64,000 nucleotides of DNA from Myxococcota bacterium (GTDB lineage: Bacteria; Myxococcota_A; SURF-8; G963663525). The notes beneath the pieces are model-generated. The model was not told where the DNA came from and searched no databases. It was given only the letters and a program-made list of their open reading frames with translations. How positions within the stretch are numbered: the stretch's first letter is position 1; each line of letters starts with the position of its first letter. Where the stretch lies: contig CAXXVK010000011.1 in assembly GCA_963676915.2 (NCBI GenBank), positions 73,805-137,804 on the forward strand. Direction: 5' to 3'. Shown here one piece after another: positions 39,673-48,156 of the stretch. A program made the position numbers and the translations under genes.

Positions 39673-40404
39673 TCAGGACATATCTCCCCAAAAACCTTGC
39701 AAAAGACTTACAGCGGCAAGCGGAGCGGTTTCGGCACGTAGTACACGCGGTCCCAACGAGACGAATCGAGCGCCGCTTTGCTGCAACAGTCGGGCTTCGT
39801 CGTCAGTGAATCCACCTTCGGGACCGCTGAAGACTCGAAACCGTTCAATGTTGGGTCGTTCTTCGAATAGCGTGCTCAATGAAATCGCCTCTTTTGAAAA
39901 ATGCAGCGCCAGGTCTATCCCGATCGGTGGGTTTTCCAGTGCTTCGGAAAGCGTGATCGGTGCATGGATTTCGGGCAGGCGAATCCGTCCGCTTTGACGG
40001 CAGGCTTCGGCGGCGATGGTTCGCCAACGCTCCAACCGGGTCGTCTTCTGCTTGTCGATCCGTGCGACGGTCCGTTCGGTCGCTAGTGGCCGAATTGCGG
40101 ATACGCCCAGCTCGCAGCATTTTTGGATCGCCCAGTCCATCCGTTCTCCCTTGATCGACGCCGGTAAAACCTCGATTTCAACCGGCGGCGATTCTTCCCG
40201 TCGAACGTGTTCGATAACCGTGGCTTCCGCTTCGTTGCGGGAAAGTTCATCCAGACTGGCTCGCCACTCGTCGGCAACGCCGTCGAAGACGAGAAAGTCC
40301 TGTCCTTTTTTCAGGCGCAGCACCCGTACGAGATAATGTACGGCCTGGCGTGGCAATTGAACCTTGCCCGGTGCCTTGACCTCTGGTAAATATAACCGTT
40401 CCAT
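39673..40404 (-). CDS. rsmE: 16S rRNA U1498 N3-methyltransferase
   Basis: HYLVRVLR, QKCCELGV, EACRQSGR, GPEGGF, SLGPRVLRAETA. Confidence 0.95.
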   Translation of the reverse strand: MERLYLPEVKAPGKVQLPRQAVHYLVRVLRLKKGQDFLVFDGVADEWRASLDELSRNEAEATVIEHVRREESPPVEIEVLPASIKGERMDWAIQKCCELGVSAIRPLATERTVARIDKQKTTRLERWRTIAAEACRQSGRIRLPEIHAPITLSEALENPPIGIDLALHFSKEAISLSTLFEERPNIERFRVFSGPEGGFTDDEARLLQQSGARFVSLGPRVLRAETAPLAAVSLLQGFWGDMS

Positions 40405-40640
40405 ATCCCTTGCCGAGCGATGGCTTGATTGTAAACTATATTCATTATATCATCTGGTCTCAAAAGATGCCAACAAAGATTTGTTATCGTTCATTTTTTC
40501 AAGGGAGGACTTTTTCGGGAAAAGAGATCGAAAAATCCCGAAAATGAAACATTTGAGTGCAATTTGACGCAATGATGCGGGAGTTTTCGTATGCCGGGCG
40601 CGGTCCGGTGCGAACCATTCCCTTGCTTGAAGGAAAAAAC

Positions 40641-41450
40641 ATGCCGCAGGATTCTACGCCCGTAGTATCGGAAAAACGCCCGGAATTGAACAACATCGCT
40701 ATCGTGTTGGTAGAGCCACTGTTTCCCGGAAACATCGGTTCGGTGGCGCGAGCGATGAAGAATTTTTCGTTATCCGACCTTCGGATGGTGCATCCGCCCC
40801 AGGATCGGGGACACGAAGCCTACAATATGGCTCATGGGGCGCGGGAATTGCTGGAGAACGCCAAACGGACCTTCACCCTGGAAGAGGCTATCGACGATAC
40901 AACGTACCTTGTCGCCACGACGGCGCGACTGGGCGGCTGGCGGCGTAAAGTGCTATCTCCTCGCGATGCTGCACCGCAGATTCTGGAAATCGCCGCTACG
41001 AACAAAGTAGGGATACTTTTCGGAGCGGAGGATCGTGGGTTGACCAATGAGCAGCTTAGTGCCGCTCAGATGCTTGTAAGTATTCCCACGGGAGAAATGG
41101 CGTCGCTCAACCTGGCGCAAGCGGTGTTGCTGATCGGGTACGAACTGTTCGTCGAACCGTTCGATTCTTCCGAAAGCGACCGGCGGGAATTGGCCAAAGT
41201 GACGCGATTCAACACCTTGCTCGAACATTTGCGGGATTCGTTCACGTTGATCGACTTCATGCGGTCCTACAACACCGACTACTGGATGCAGGCGCTTCGC
41301 CGGATCTTCGGACGGTCTCGACTCGACGAACACGAAATCGACATGTTGTTCGGTCTTGCCCGGCAGATCCGCTGGGCGGCACGTCATTTGCCGGATGCCG
41401 AAGAGCGGTTCGAGCGCATCGGGCAATCCCTGGAAAACAAGAAAAAATAA
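40641..41450 (+). CDS. TrmJ-like SPOUT RNA methyltransferase
   Basis: IVLVEP..PGNIGSVARAMKNF, LFGAEDRGLTNE, SLNLAQAV. Confidence 0.9.
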   Translation: MPQDSTPVVSEKRPELNNIAIVLVEPLFPGNIGSVARAMKNFSLSDLRMVHPPQDRGHEAYNMAHGARELLENAKRTFTLEEAIDDTTYLVATTARLGGWRRKVLSPRDAAPQILEIAATNKVGILFGAEDRGLTNEQLSAAQMLVSIPTGEMASLNLAQAVLLIGYELFVEPFDSSESDRRELAKVTRFNTLLEHLRDSFTLIDFMRSYNTDYWMQALRRIFGRSRLDEHEIDMLFGLARQIRWAARHLPDAEERFERIGQSLENKKK

Positions 41451-41480
41451 AAAAAGGCAGGCGAATCAATCGCCTGCCTT
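41448..41480 (-). terminator. Rho-independent terminator
   Basis: AAGGCAGGCGA/TCGCCTGCCTT stem with T tract on the minus strand, between convergent genes. Confidence 0.75.
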
Positions 41481-41508
41481 GAATGAACTCAGACTGACCG
41501 AGCGAAAT

Positions 41509-42717
41509 TTATTTGTCGCTCGTGGGGGCTTCGAAGTGCCCGAAGTGCATGGTCTGACCGCCGTCCATCGCGACGATGGTTACGGCATTGGGGAACAGCA
41601 TGAAATCGTAGTTGTTGATGGGAGTGATTTCGCCATCGACCAACGCGAGCGCCACGAAGCTGACCTTGGTGCCTTCAGGGACGCCGGGGGCTACGTCGAT
41701 GAAAGCGAAGGTGCCGTCACTGTTGGTGTTGGTCAGGGTGTTCATCGGAACGAGGTTGGACACGTTGGCGTTGAAATACGAGGTTTTTGTCGCTTTGACG
41801 CTCATCGCCACCGTGGCGTTTTTCACCAGGCGGTCTCCGCAGTCACGAACCGTACCCGAAGCCACCGAGCGGTCGCTACGCACGCCCTGGGTAACGCCTG
41901 CCGTCGCCGGAACGAGTTTCCAGGAGGCATCGGAAATGGCGTTGACTTCGATGTCGTAATCTTCGTTCTCGACAACGTCTTTTTTGTCGATATAGATGTT
42001 GAACTGGTAGGTGTCGTGGAAGTCCACGTTGCCTTCATCGTAGGATTTGAACACCAGCCAACGATTGACCGGAACGTCATTGATGGTCATTTTGCACTGA
42101 CCCTGATCGTCTTCCGGCTCCGTGACTTTGGTGGGGGTAATCAGGGATTCGCTGGTCGGATAACTGGTTTTGATCTCACCGCTTTCGTCGTTCTGGTTGT
42201 GAATTTCCACGATCAGCGAAGTGCAGGGAGCGGCCACGCCGAAGACTTTCACGCGGGCGGCCAGATTTACCGTCGATTCTTCGGTGAAGTCGTCTTCGAG
42301 TCCCGCGCTGGAGCAACTGAAATCGGGATCGACAGGCTCATCGTTTTCCAGAACCGGATCGTAGCTGCCCTTTTTCTTGCGGTCGTCGTAATCGTAGTAG
42401 GAATTTTCCCAATATAGGCTGGCTTCCTGCTTCGGTTCTACGGCGCAAATGCCGTCTTTGGTGTCGTCGGCTTTCCAGCAGAAGCCCTTGGAGCAATCGC
42501 CGTCTTCCTGGCAAGTGTTGAGCAGGGTTTCATCCACTACGCTGTCTTGTTCCAGACCGTTTTCGGGGGTGTCTTCCGCGCCTTCGTCGGTATCACCCGA
42601 AACGTTCGAGTCATTGTCGCCAAGATTCAAAGCTTCATCGTCCGATCCGCATCCAGTTCCCAGCAGAACTAAAGCGAACAGGCAAGCGATCATTGTCAAC
42701 CAAACGTGCTTTTGCAT
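41509..42717 (-). CDS. Lipoprotein with Cys module and carboxypeptidase-regulatory-like beta-sandwich domains
   Basis: GTGC lipobox, GGAGGA RBS; GTVRDC..VKNATV..TNSDGTFAFIDVAPG. Confidence 0.75.
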   Translation of the reverse strand: MQKHVWLTMIACLFALVLLGTGCGSDDEALNLGDNDSNVSGDTDEGAEDTPENGLEQDSVVDETLLNTCQEDGDCSKGFCWKADDTKDGICAVEPKQEASLYWENSYYDYDDRKKKGSYDPVLENDEPVDPDFSCSSAGLEDDFTEESTVNLAARVKVFGVAAPCTSLIVEIHNQNDESGEIKTSYPTSESLITPTKVTEPEDDQGQCKMTINDVPVNRWLVFKSYDEGNVDFHDTYQFNIYIDKKDVVENEDYDIEVNAISDASWKLVPATAGVTQGVRSDRSVASGTVRDCGDRLVKNATVAMSVKATKTSYFNANVSNLVPMNTLTNTNSDGTFAFIDVAPGVPEGTKVSFVALALVDGEITPINNYDFMLFPNAVTIVAMDGGQTMHFGHFEAPTSDK

Positions 42718-42957
42718 GTCTTCCTCCATCCCCAAGGGATTTTCGACTGAAATCAAAAAAGATAATATACCATAAATTGAAATTAAACGTGAACCTTATA
42801 CAGTGCGGGAGGATTCCAGGTCAAGCTATTCGAGTGGAGAGCACAAAGTTTATCTGATCACAGGAACTTCTGTGACCCGAAAAGCCAGGAAATATCATAG
42901 GTTGTCTCTTGACATCGCATCGCCAGTAGTCAGTTTATTTAAAATGAATACAAATAG

Positions 42958-43698
42958 GTGGTTGCCATGTACATTTTTCGCACTTTTCCCAAATTGAATC
43001 GTTTCTTCGCCTTTTCCACATTTTCGAAATGGAGCCGACATCTCGGTTTTCGGGACTTTGGGTTGTGGAACGCTGCATTGGTGGTTCTGCTTCTCCTATT
43101 GGTAGGATGCGGAGACGATGGCGGAACGACGTTGGATGCGGACGCCGACTTTGAAAATTGGGAAGAAGAGGAAAGTGTCGAAACGTCCGATACATCCGAA
43201 ACGGTATTTATGTCGTACACAGATGATGAAAAAACCGTATCTTTTGTGGATTTGGAGCGATATCTCGGGAAATGGTACGAAATCGCTACCTATGTCATCC
43301 CATTTCAAGTCGGTTGTACCGGTTCGACGGCAACATACGCCCTCGACGGCAACGATGTCGCCGTTACCAACGAGTGTATGCTCGAATCTCTCGATGGGGA
43401 ATACAAAGTGGATACGGCCAGAGCGGAAATTGTCAACGAGGAAACCAACGCGGAATTGTTGGTGTTTTTCTCCGAAAATTTCGGTGCGGATTATTGGATC
43501 ATCGAGTTGGATGGCCAGGAATCCGAAGAACCCTACGAGTGGGCCGTTGTCGGCAGCAGCTTGACTATCTTTTTATGGATTCTCAGTCGAACGCCTCAAA
43601 TCGAAGAGACACGTCTGACCAAGATTCTTGCTCGACTTAAGGAACGAGGATACGACCTGGAAAGTCTCACTTACACGGTTCAACCGGAAGACGAGTAA
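42958..43698 (+). CDS. Lipocalin family lipoprotein (Blc-like)
   Basis: VDLERYLGKWYEIA, DYWIIELD, YEWAVVGS, LWILSRTP; LVGC lipobox. True start is probably downstream of 42958. Confidence 0.87.
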   Translation: MVAMYIFRTFPKLNRFFAFSTFSKWSRHLGFRDFGLWNAALVVLLLLLVGCGDDGGTTLDADADFENWEEEESVETSDTSETVFMSYTDDEKTVSFVDLERYLGKWYEIATYVIPFQVGCTGSTATYALDGNDVAVTNECMLESLDGEYKVDTARAEIVNEETNAELLVFFSENFGADYWIIELDGQESEEPYEWAVVGSSLTIFLWILSRTPQIEETRLTKILARLKERGYDLESLTYTVQPEDE

Positions 43699-43708
43699 AA
43701 TTCGACAG

Positions 43709-44194
43709 CTATTGCAACAAGCTCTCGATATCACTTGCAATTTTTGATGGTTTTGTAGCGGGAGCATACCGTTTGACCGGTTGACCTTTTCTGTCGATCA
43801 GAAATTTTGTGAAATTCCACTTGATGGCTTTGCTGCCGAACAGACCTTTTTGAGCTTCCACAAGGTAACGATAAAGTGGGTGAGCTTCCGACCCGTTCAC
43901 CTGTATTTTTGAGAACATTGGAAACGTTACGCCGAAATTCAACGAACAGAACTGCTGAATTTCTTTTTCGTCCCCAGGTTCCTGGTTTTGGAATTGGTTG
44001 CAGGGAAACCCTAAAACAACGAATCCTCGATCTTTGAACTGTTGATACAGTTTTTCCAATCCCTCATATTGGGGAGTGAATCCGCATTGGCTGGCCGTAT
44101 TGACGATAAGCAAAACCTTGTCGTTGTATTCGGAAAGCGATTGTTCCGTTCCATCGATGGTTTTGGCCTGAAAGTCATAAACGGAATGTTGCAT
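43709..44194 (-). CDS. Glutathione peroxidase family (Cys-type)
   Basis: VNTASQCGFTPQY, LGFPCNQF, IKWNFTKFL. Confidence 0.95.
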   Translation of the reverse strand: MQHSVYDFQAKTIDGTEQSLSEYNDKVLLIVNTASQCGFTPQYEGLEKLYQQFKDRGFVVLGFPCNQFQNQEPGDEKEIQQFCSLNFGVTFPMFSKIQVNGSEAHPLYRYLVEAQKGLFGSKAIKWNFTKFLIDRKGQPVKRYAPATKPSKIASDIESLLQ

Positions 44195-44301
44195 GAAGAC
44201 TTCCTTTCAATCTTTTATTCAGATAGTGAAAGAAAAGCTTCTAAAAGAAATCGCCTGTTGTCAACCCACTTGAATCATAAATAAATTACATGGTGAAGCG
44301 G

Positions 44302-45660
44302 TTATTTCTCGGCATCCAAAGCAAGCCCGGAGGTTTCTACAAGCGCCATCAGCACCGCGCCGATGCCGTAGGAAATGTCATCCTTGCGGGTCAGGTCGGC
44401 GTAATATTCATATTCACCAACGGAGGTGGGACCGGAAATGTCCGTAATTACAGGACGATTCTGGTCGTCGCGCTCGATGCGGGAGCGTACGCCGTCCATA
44501 GCTTTTCCGATGGCCGGAAGGATGGAGGCGTCCTGGAAACCGTAACGGTAGGCTTTGGCTGCGCCGAAGGAAAACAGCGCCGCCACGCTCGTTTCGAGGT
44601 AGTTTTCCGGCTCGCCTTCACCGCCTGCCGGTCGATTCATGATGGTGTGCCACAATCCGGTTTCCTGATCCTGGTATTGCAGAAAAGCCGCTACTTGCTT
44701 ATCGAGGGCGTCGAGCATCGAAGGAACCGTTTCGCCACGGTTGTAGCGTACCCGAAGATGATCATACCCGGCTGCCGTAACCCAGGCGTTACCACGTCCC
44801 CAATACACATTGTCTGTCTGTTCGTACAAAGAATAAATCGAGTGCTTGTAAAATCCTGATTCCTCTTGCAGTAAATCGGTAAATACGTTGAATTGGTATA
44901 CGTATTCGTCAAGGGCTTCGTCGTCGTCGGAGTACTCGCCCCAGCCGGTCAACACGTTTCCGAACATGAACAGCGAATCGACCCACAACGTTACGCCCAG
45001 GGCGTCCCAGGTGCCGAGATGATTCAAGCCGCCTTCCGGTGTGCGTAAGGCGCGGTGGTACAAGTAGTCGAAGGCGTCGTCCATTACGGCCTGGTATTTT
45101 TCATCGCCGGTTTCTCTCAGAAGGAACAAGGCCAGCGAAGAAGGAGCACAAGAATCGCTGGATTCCATCATGTAACCTTCGTCCATATGGTGATCGATCC
45201 ACGCACGGATGTACTCCAGGTATTCCGATTTTTCCGTGACGCGATAGACCGCCGCAACGCCGAGCATCATCACGGCTTCTCCCCAGTCCCATTTCACATC
45301 TTCCGGGGCGTGCAGGGCGATTTGTTTGTCTACGATTTCCTGAGCCAACTGGATGTTTTCCGAGGACGGATCTCGTTTCGTGCGGTGGCAGGCGTCGTCC
45401 GGGGGAGTGTCCGACGTGCAGTAATCGTAAGGATTACGGGTGCCTTCAAGCGCTTCGACGACGGGAAGGTACTGCGCCAGATGGTCCGATGTCTCACCGG
45501 TTTCGTCCGTGTCGCCGGAAGTTTCTTCCACATCGCCGGTTTCGTCCGTGTCGCCATCGGAAACACTGGAGTCGTCCGAGTCGCTGCAAGCCGTCAGAGC
45601 CAGCACGAAAAGACATAAAAAGCTACAGACAAGTGCATTCCATAAAATTTGTCGCGTCAT
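44302..45660 (-). CDS. GH88/GH105 unsaturated glycoside hydrolase lipoprotein
   Basis: LTAC lipobox; WDWGEAV, LWVDSLFM, YWGRGNAW, QDQETGLWH, YLETS, YGIGAVLMA. Confidence 0.85.
   Translation of the reverse strand: MTRQILWNALVCSFLCLFVLALTACSDSDDSSVSDGDTDETGDVEETSGDTDETGETSDHLAQYLPVVEALEGTRNPYDYCTSDTPPDDACHRTKRDPSSENIQLAQEIVDKQIALHAPEDVKWDWGEAVMMLGVAAVYRVTEKSEYLEYIRAWIDHHMDEGYMMESSDSCAPSSLALFLLRETGDEKYQAVMDDAFDYLYHRALRTPEGGLNHLGTWDALGVTLWVDSLFMFGNVLTGWGEYSDDDEALDEYVYQFNVFTDLLQEESGFYKHSIYSLYEQTDNVYWGRGNAWVTAAGYDHLRVRYNRGETVPSMLDALDKQVAAFLQYQDQETGLWHTIMNRPAGGEGEPENYLETSVAALFSFGAAKAYRYGFQDASILPAIGKAMDGVRSRIERDDQNRPVITDISGPTSVGEYEYYADLTRKDDISYGIGAVLMALVETSGLALDAEK
45497..45555. repeat. 20-bp direct repeat encoding GDTDETG twice
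   Basis: CCGGTTTCGTCCGTGTCGCC at 45497 and 45536. Confidence 0.8.
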
Positions 45661-45693
45661 GACGTTCCTTATCCGATGGTTTCTTTCGGTCGA

Positions 45694-47070
45694 TTACGAC
45701 TTGTTTTTTTCCGAGTTTTCGTGAACCTGTTCGAGTTTTCGGTAAATGGTGCGGGCCGCGATGCCCAATACCTGAGCCGCCACCTTTTTGTCTCCTCCGA
45801 ATCGGCTCAACGTTTCGAAAATGATCTGTTTTTCGATTTCATCCAGCGTGGAGCCGAACGGCACGACGTACGGTTGCCGTGTCGAGTCGTGGGCTTCGAT
45901 ATCCTCGAACAGATCCTCCACTTCGATCCATTCGCCCCGGCATAGAATCACGGCCCGTTCGATGGTTTTTTCCAACTCGCGCACGTTGCCGGGCCAGGGA
46001 TGTTCCAGTAATTTTTCCATGGCCGTACGCTGGAATCCCACCAGTTTCCGTTGGTTTTTTGCAGCGTAATGGGTCAGGAAATATTGGGCCAGCAGCGGGA
46101 TGTCGGCCATGCGTTCTTGCAAGGTCGGCAGACGGACGTTGATCACGTTGAGGCGGTAGAAAAGGTCTTCTCGGAATTTCTTTTCTTCCACCAGACGGCG
46201 AAGGTTACGGTTGGTAGCCGCCACGATGCGAACGTCCACTTTCAACGTGCGACTGCTGCCCAGACGCTCGAATTCCCCTTCCTGAATCACTCGCAGCAAT
46301 TTTGCCTGCAATGTCAGGGACATGTCCGAAATTTCATCGAGGAACAGCGTCCCGCCGTCGGCCGTCTCGAAGCGTCCTGCCCGTCGATTCGCCGCGCCGG
46401 TGAACGCGCCTTTTTCGTAGCCGAACAGTTCCGATTCGAGAATCGATTCCGGTAGCGCCGCGCAATTGACCGCCACGAAGGGGCCGCTTTCGCGCTCCGA
46501 AAGGCGATGGGCCGCCCGAGCGAACAGTTCCTTGCCGGTTCCGCTTTCGCCGGAAATCAGCAATGTGGCTTTCGACGGAGCCGCCTGACGCAGAATTTCC
46601 AAAGGGCGTTTCATCGCTGCCGCCGATCCGATGATGTCGGAAAGCGGCGAGTTGCGTTGCAGTTGGTCGCGTAGTTTCTTGTTTTCGTTGAGTAATTTGC
46701 GTTTTTCCCCGGCTCGCTCGACGGTTTTCAGTACCTGTACCCGTTTGAACGGCTTGGTGATGAAGTCGTAGGCTCCTTCCTTCATCGCTTCGACCGCCGT
46801 TTCTACAGTGCCGTACGCCGTCATCAGAATCACGTCGCAATCCAAGCCGATGGCCCGCACGCCTTTGAGCAGGTCCAGGCCGTCCATTTCACCCGGCATC
46901 ATCAGGTCGGTGAGGATGATTGGGATACCCTGGGAGCGGGCGATGTCCAATCCCTCGTTTCCCCTTTGCGCACGATGCACGCCGTAGCCGTCTTTGGTAA
47001 ACAGTCGCTCCAGCGTGTCCAAGTTCGCCTGGTCGTCATCGACAATCAGAATGTCGCATTTGGAAGCCAT
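45694..47070 (-). CDS. Sigma54-dependent response regulator (NtrC/AtoC family)
   Basis: Receiver (ILIVDDD, DLMMP), GESGTGKE, ESELFG, GAFTGA, LFLDEI, WPGNVREL, C-terminal Fis-type HTH. Confidence 0.95.
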   Translation of the reverse strand: MASKCDILIVDDDQANLDTLERLFTKDGYGVHRAQRGNEGLDIARSQGIPIILTDLMMPGEMDGLDLLKGVRAIGLDCDVILMTAYGTVETAVEAMKEGAYDFITKPFKRVQVLKTVERAGEKRKLLNENKKLRDQLQRNSPLSDIIGSAAAMKRPLEILRQAAPSKATLLISGESGTGKELFARAAHRLSERESGPFVAVNCAALPESILESELFGYEKGAFTGAANRRAGRFETADGGTLFLDEISDMSLTLQAKLLRVIQEGEFERLGSSRTLKVDVRIVAATNRNLRRLVEEKKFREDLFYRLNVINVRLPTLQERMADIPLLAQYFLTHYAAKNQRKLVGFQRTAMEKLLEHPWPGNVRELEKTIERAVILCRGEWIEVEDLFEDIEAHDSTRQPYVVPFGSTLDEIEKQIIFETLSRFGGDKKVAAQVLGIAARTIYRKLEQVHENSEKNKS

Positions 47071-47115
47071 CGGTTCTCTTTTCCGTTCATTTCCGACCTT
47101 TGACGGCACGAAAAC

Positions 47116-47967
47116 TTATTTCTTTGTGCCGAATTCTTTTTCCAACAGCTTTTTACACTGCGGTTTGAACAGGATGCCGTCGGGGTATTCTTCTTTTTTC
47201 GGGTCCAGTCCTACACAGGTTTCCAGGGCTTTTCGGGCTTTTTCCCGATCGTCTCCCTTGTCCCGTTTCAGGTAGGTTTCGGCAAGATAGAAATGCGTTC
47301 GAAGTTTCTGCGGGGCATCTTTGGCCGAGCGCTCCAGCAGCTTGGCCGAGCGGTCGAGATCCCGTTTCATTGCCGGAAGTTTGAACCAGTACCGACCGTA
47401 GCCGCGAGTCGGTCCCGCCATTTCGTATTTGGCGTTGATCTTGATCGCTTTTTCCAGCGCCTCTTCGTAGTCTCCTGAAACGCCTTTGAAAACCGCCGAA
47501 ACCACGCCGATGGCTTTGCCGTATTGTGCCAGGGAAATTCCGCCGAAATAGTAGCCTTCGACGCGTTTCGGTTGCAGTTTGACCGCTTCTTGTCCGGTTT
47601 CCCAGCCCTTTTTCCCCATTTTTTCTTTGATGTCGTCGTTTTTCGCCCATTCGGCAATCCAGAAACAGGCCCGAGCGATACGCCAGTTGGCATCGAAACG
47701 TTCTTTGTCGGTTGTGGCTTTTTTCAAAGCGGTTTCGGCGAAGTCCAACGATTTTTGGATGTTGCCTTTGCGATGGCGTTTCTTCCAGGTGGTATCGGAG
47801 GACCGGAAGAGGTCCGCAACCGTCGGTTCCTGCGGTGTGGCCGGAGCCTCTACCGTTTTCTCGGCAGCGTTTTCCCCTGCATTCGGCGCTTGCGCATCAA
47901 GCGTTCCCGCCCAAACGGGCAATGTCCACAAAAGTCCACACAAAACGATGAAACTTGCACGCAACAT
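47116..47967 (-). CDS. Secreted TPR-like helical protein
   Basis: Signal peptide ending VWA; helical repeats (WRIARAC, AVKLQP, AIKINA, FYLAETY). Confidence 0.7.
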   Translation of the reverse strand: MLRASFIVLCGLLWTLPVWAGTLDAQAPNAGENAAEKTVEAPATPQEPTVADLFRSSDTTWKKRHRKGNIQKSLDFAETALKKATTDKERFDANWRIARACFWIAEWAKNDDIKEKMGKKGWETGQEAVKLQPKRVEGYYFGGISLAQYGKAIGVVSAVFKGVSGDYEEALEKAIKINAKYEMAGPTRGYGRYWFKLPAMKRDLDRSAKLLERSAKDAPQKLRTHFYLAETYLKRDKGDDREKARKALETCVGLDPKKEEYPDGILFKPQCKKLLEKEFGTKK

Positions 47968-48156
47968 GGCATTCCCTTTCGAATTCGATTGGAACCAGAA
48001 AACCCGGTCAAGATACCATCGCTTGCGCCGTTTTTTCAATGTTTTCCGAAATCGAAAGGGTTTGGGATGCATTGTGTCCTCAAGGAGGACCATTGCATGA
48101 TCTTGCACTCGTTTGTCGTTTTATTTCAAATCAGTGGGTCAAGTTACACAAGGTTG

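Noticed and set aside
43709-44194. Selenocysteine in glutathione peroxidase
   Set aside because: The active-site codon is TGC (Cys).
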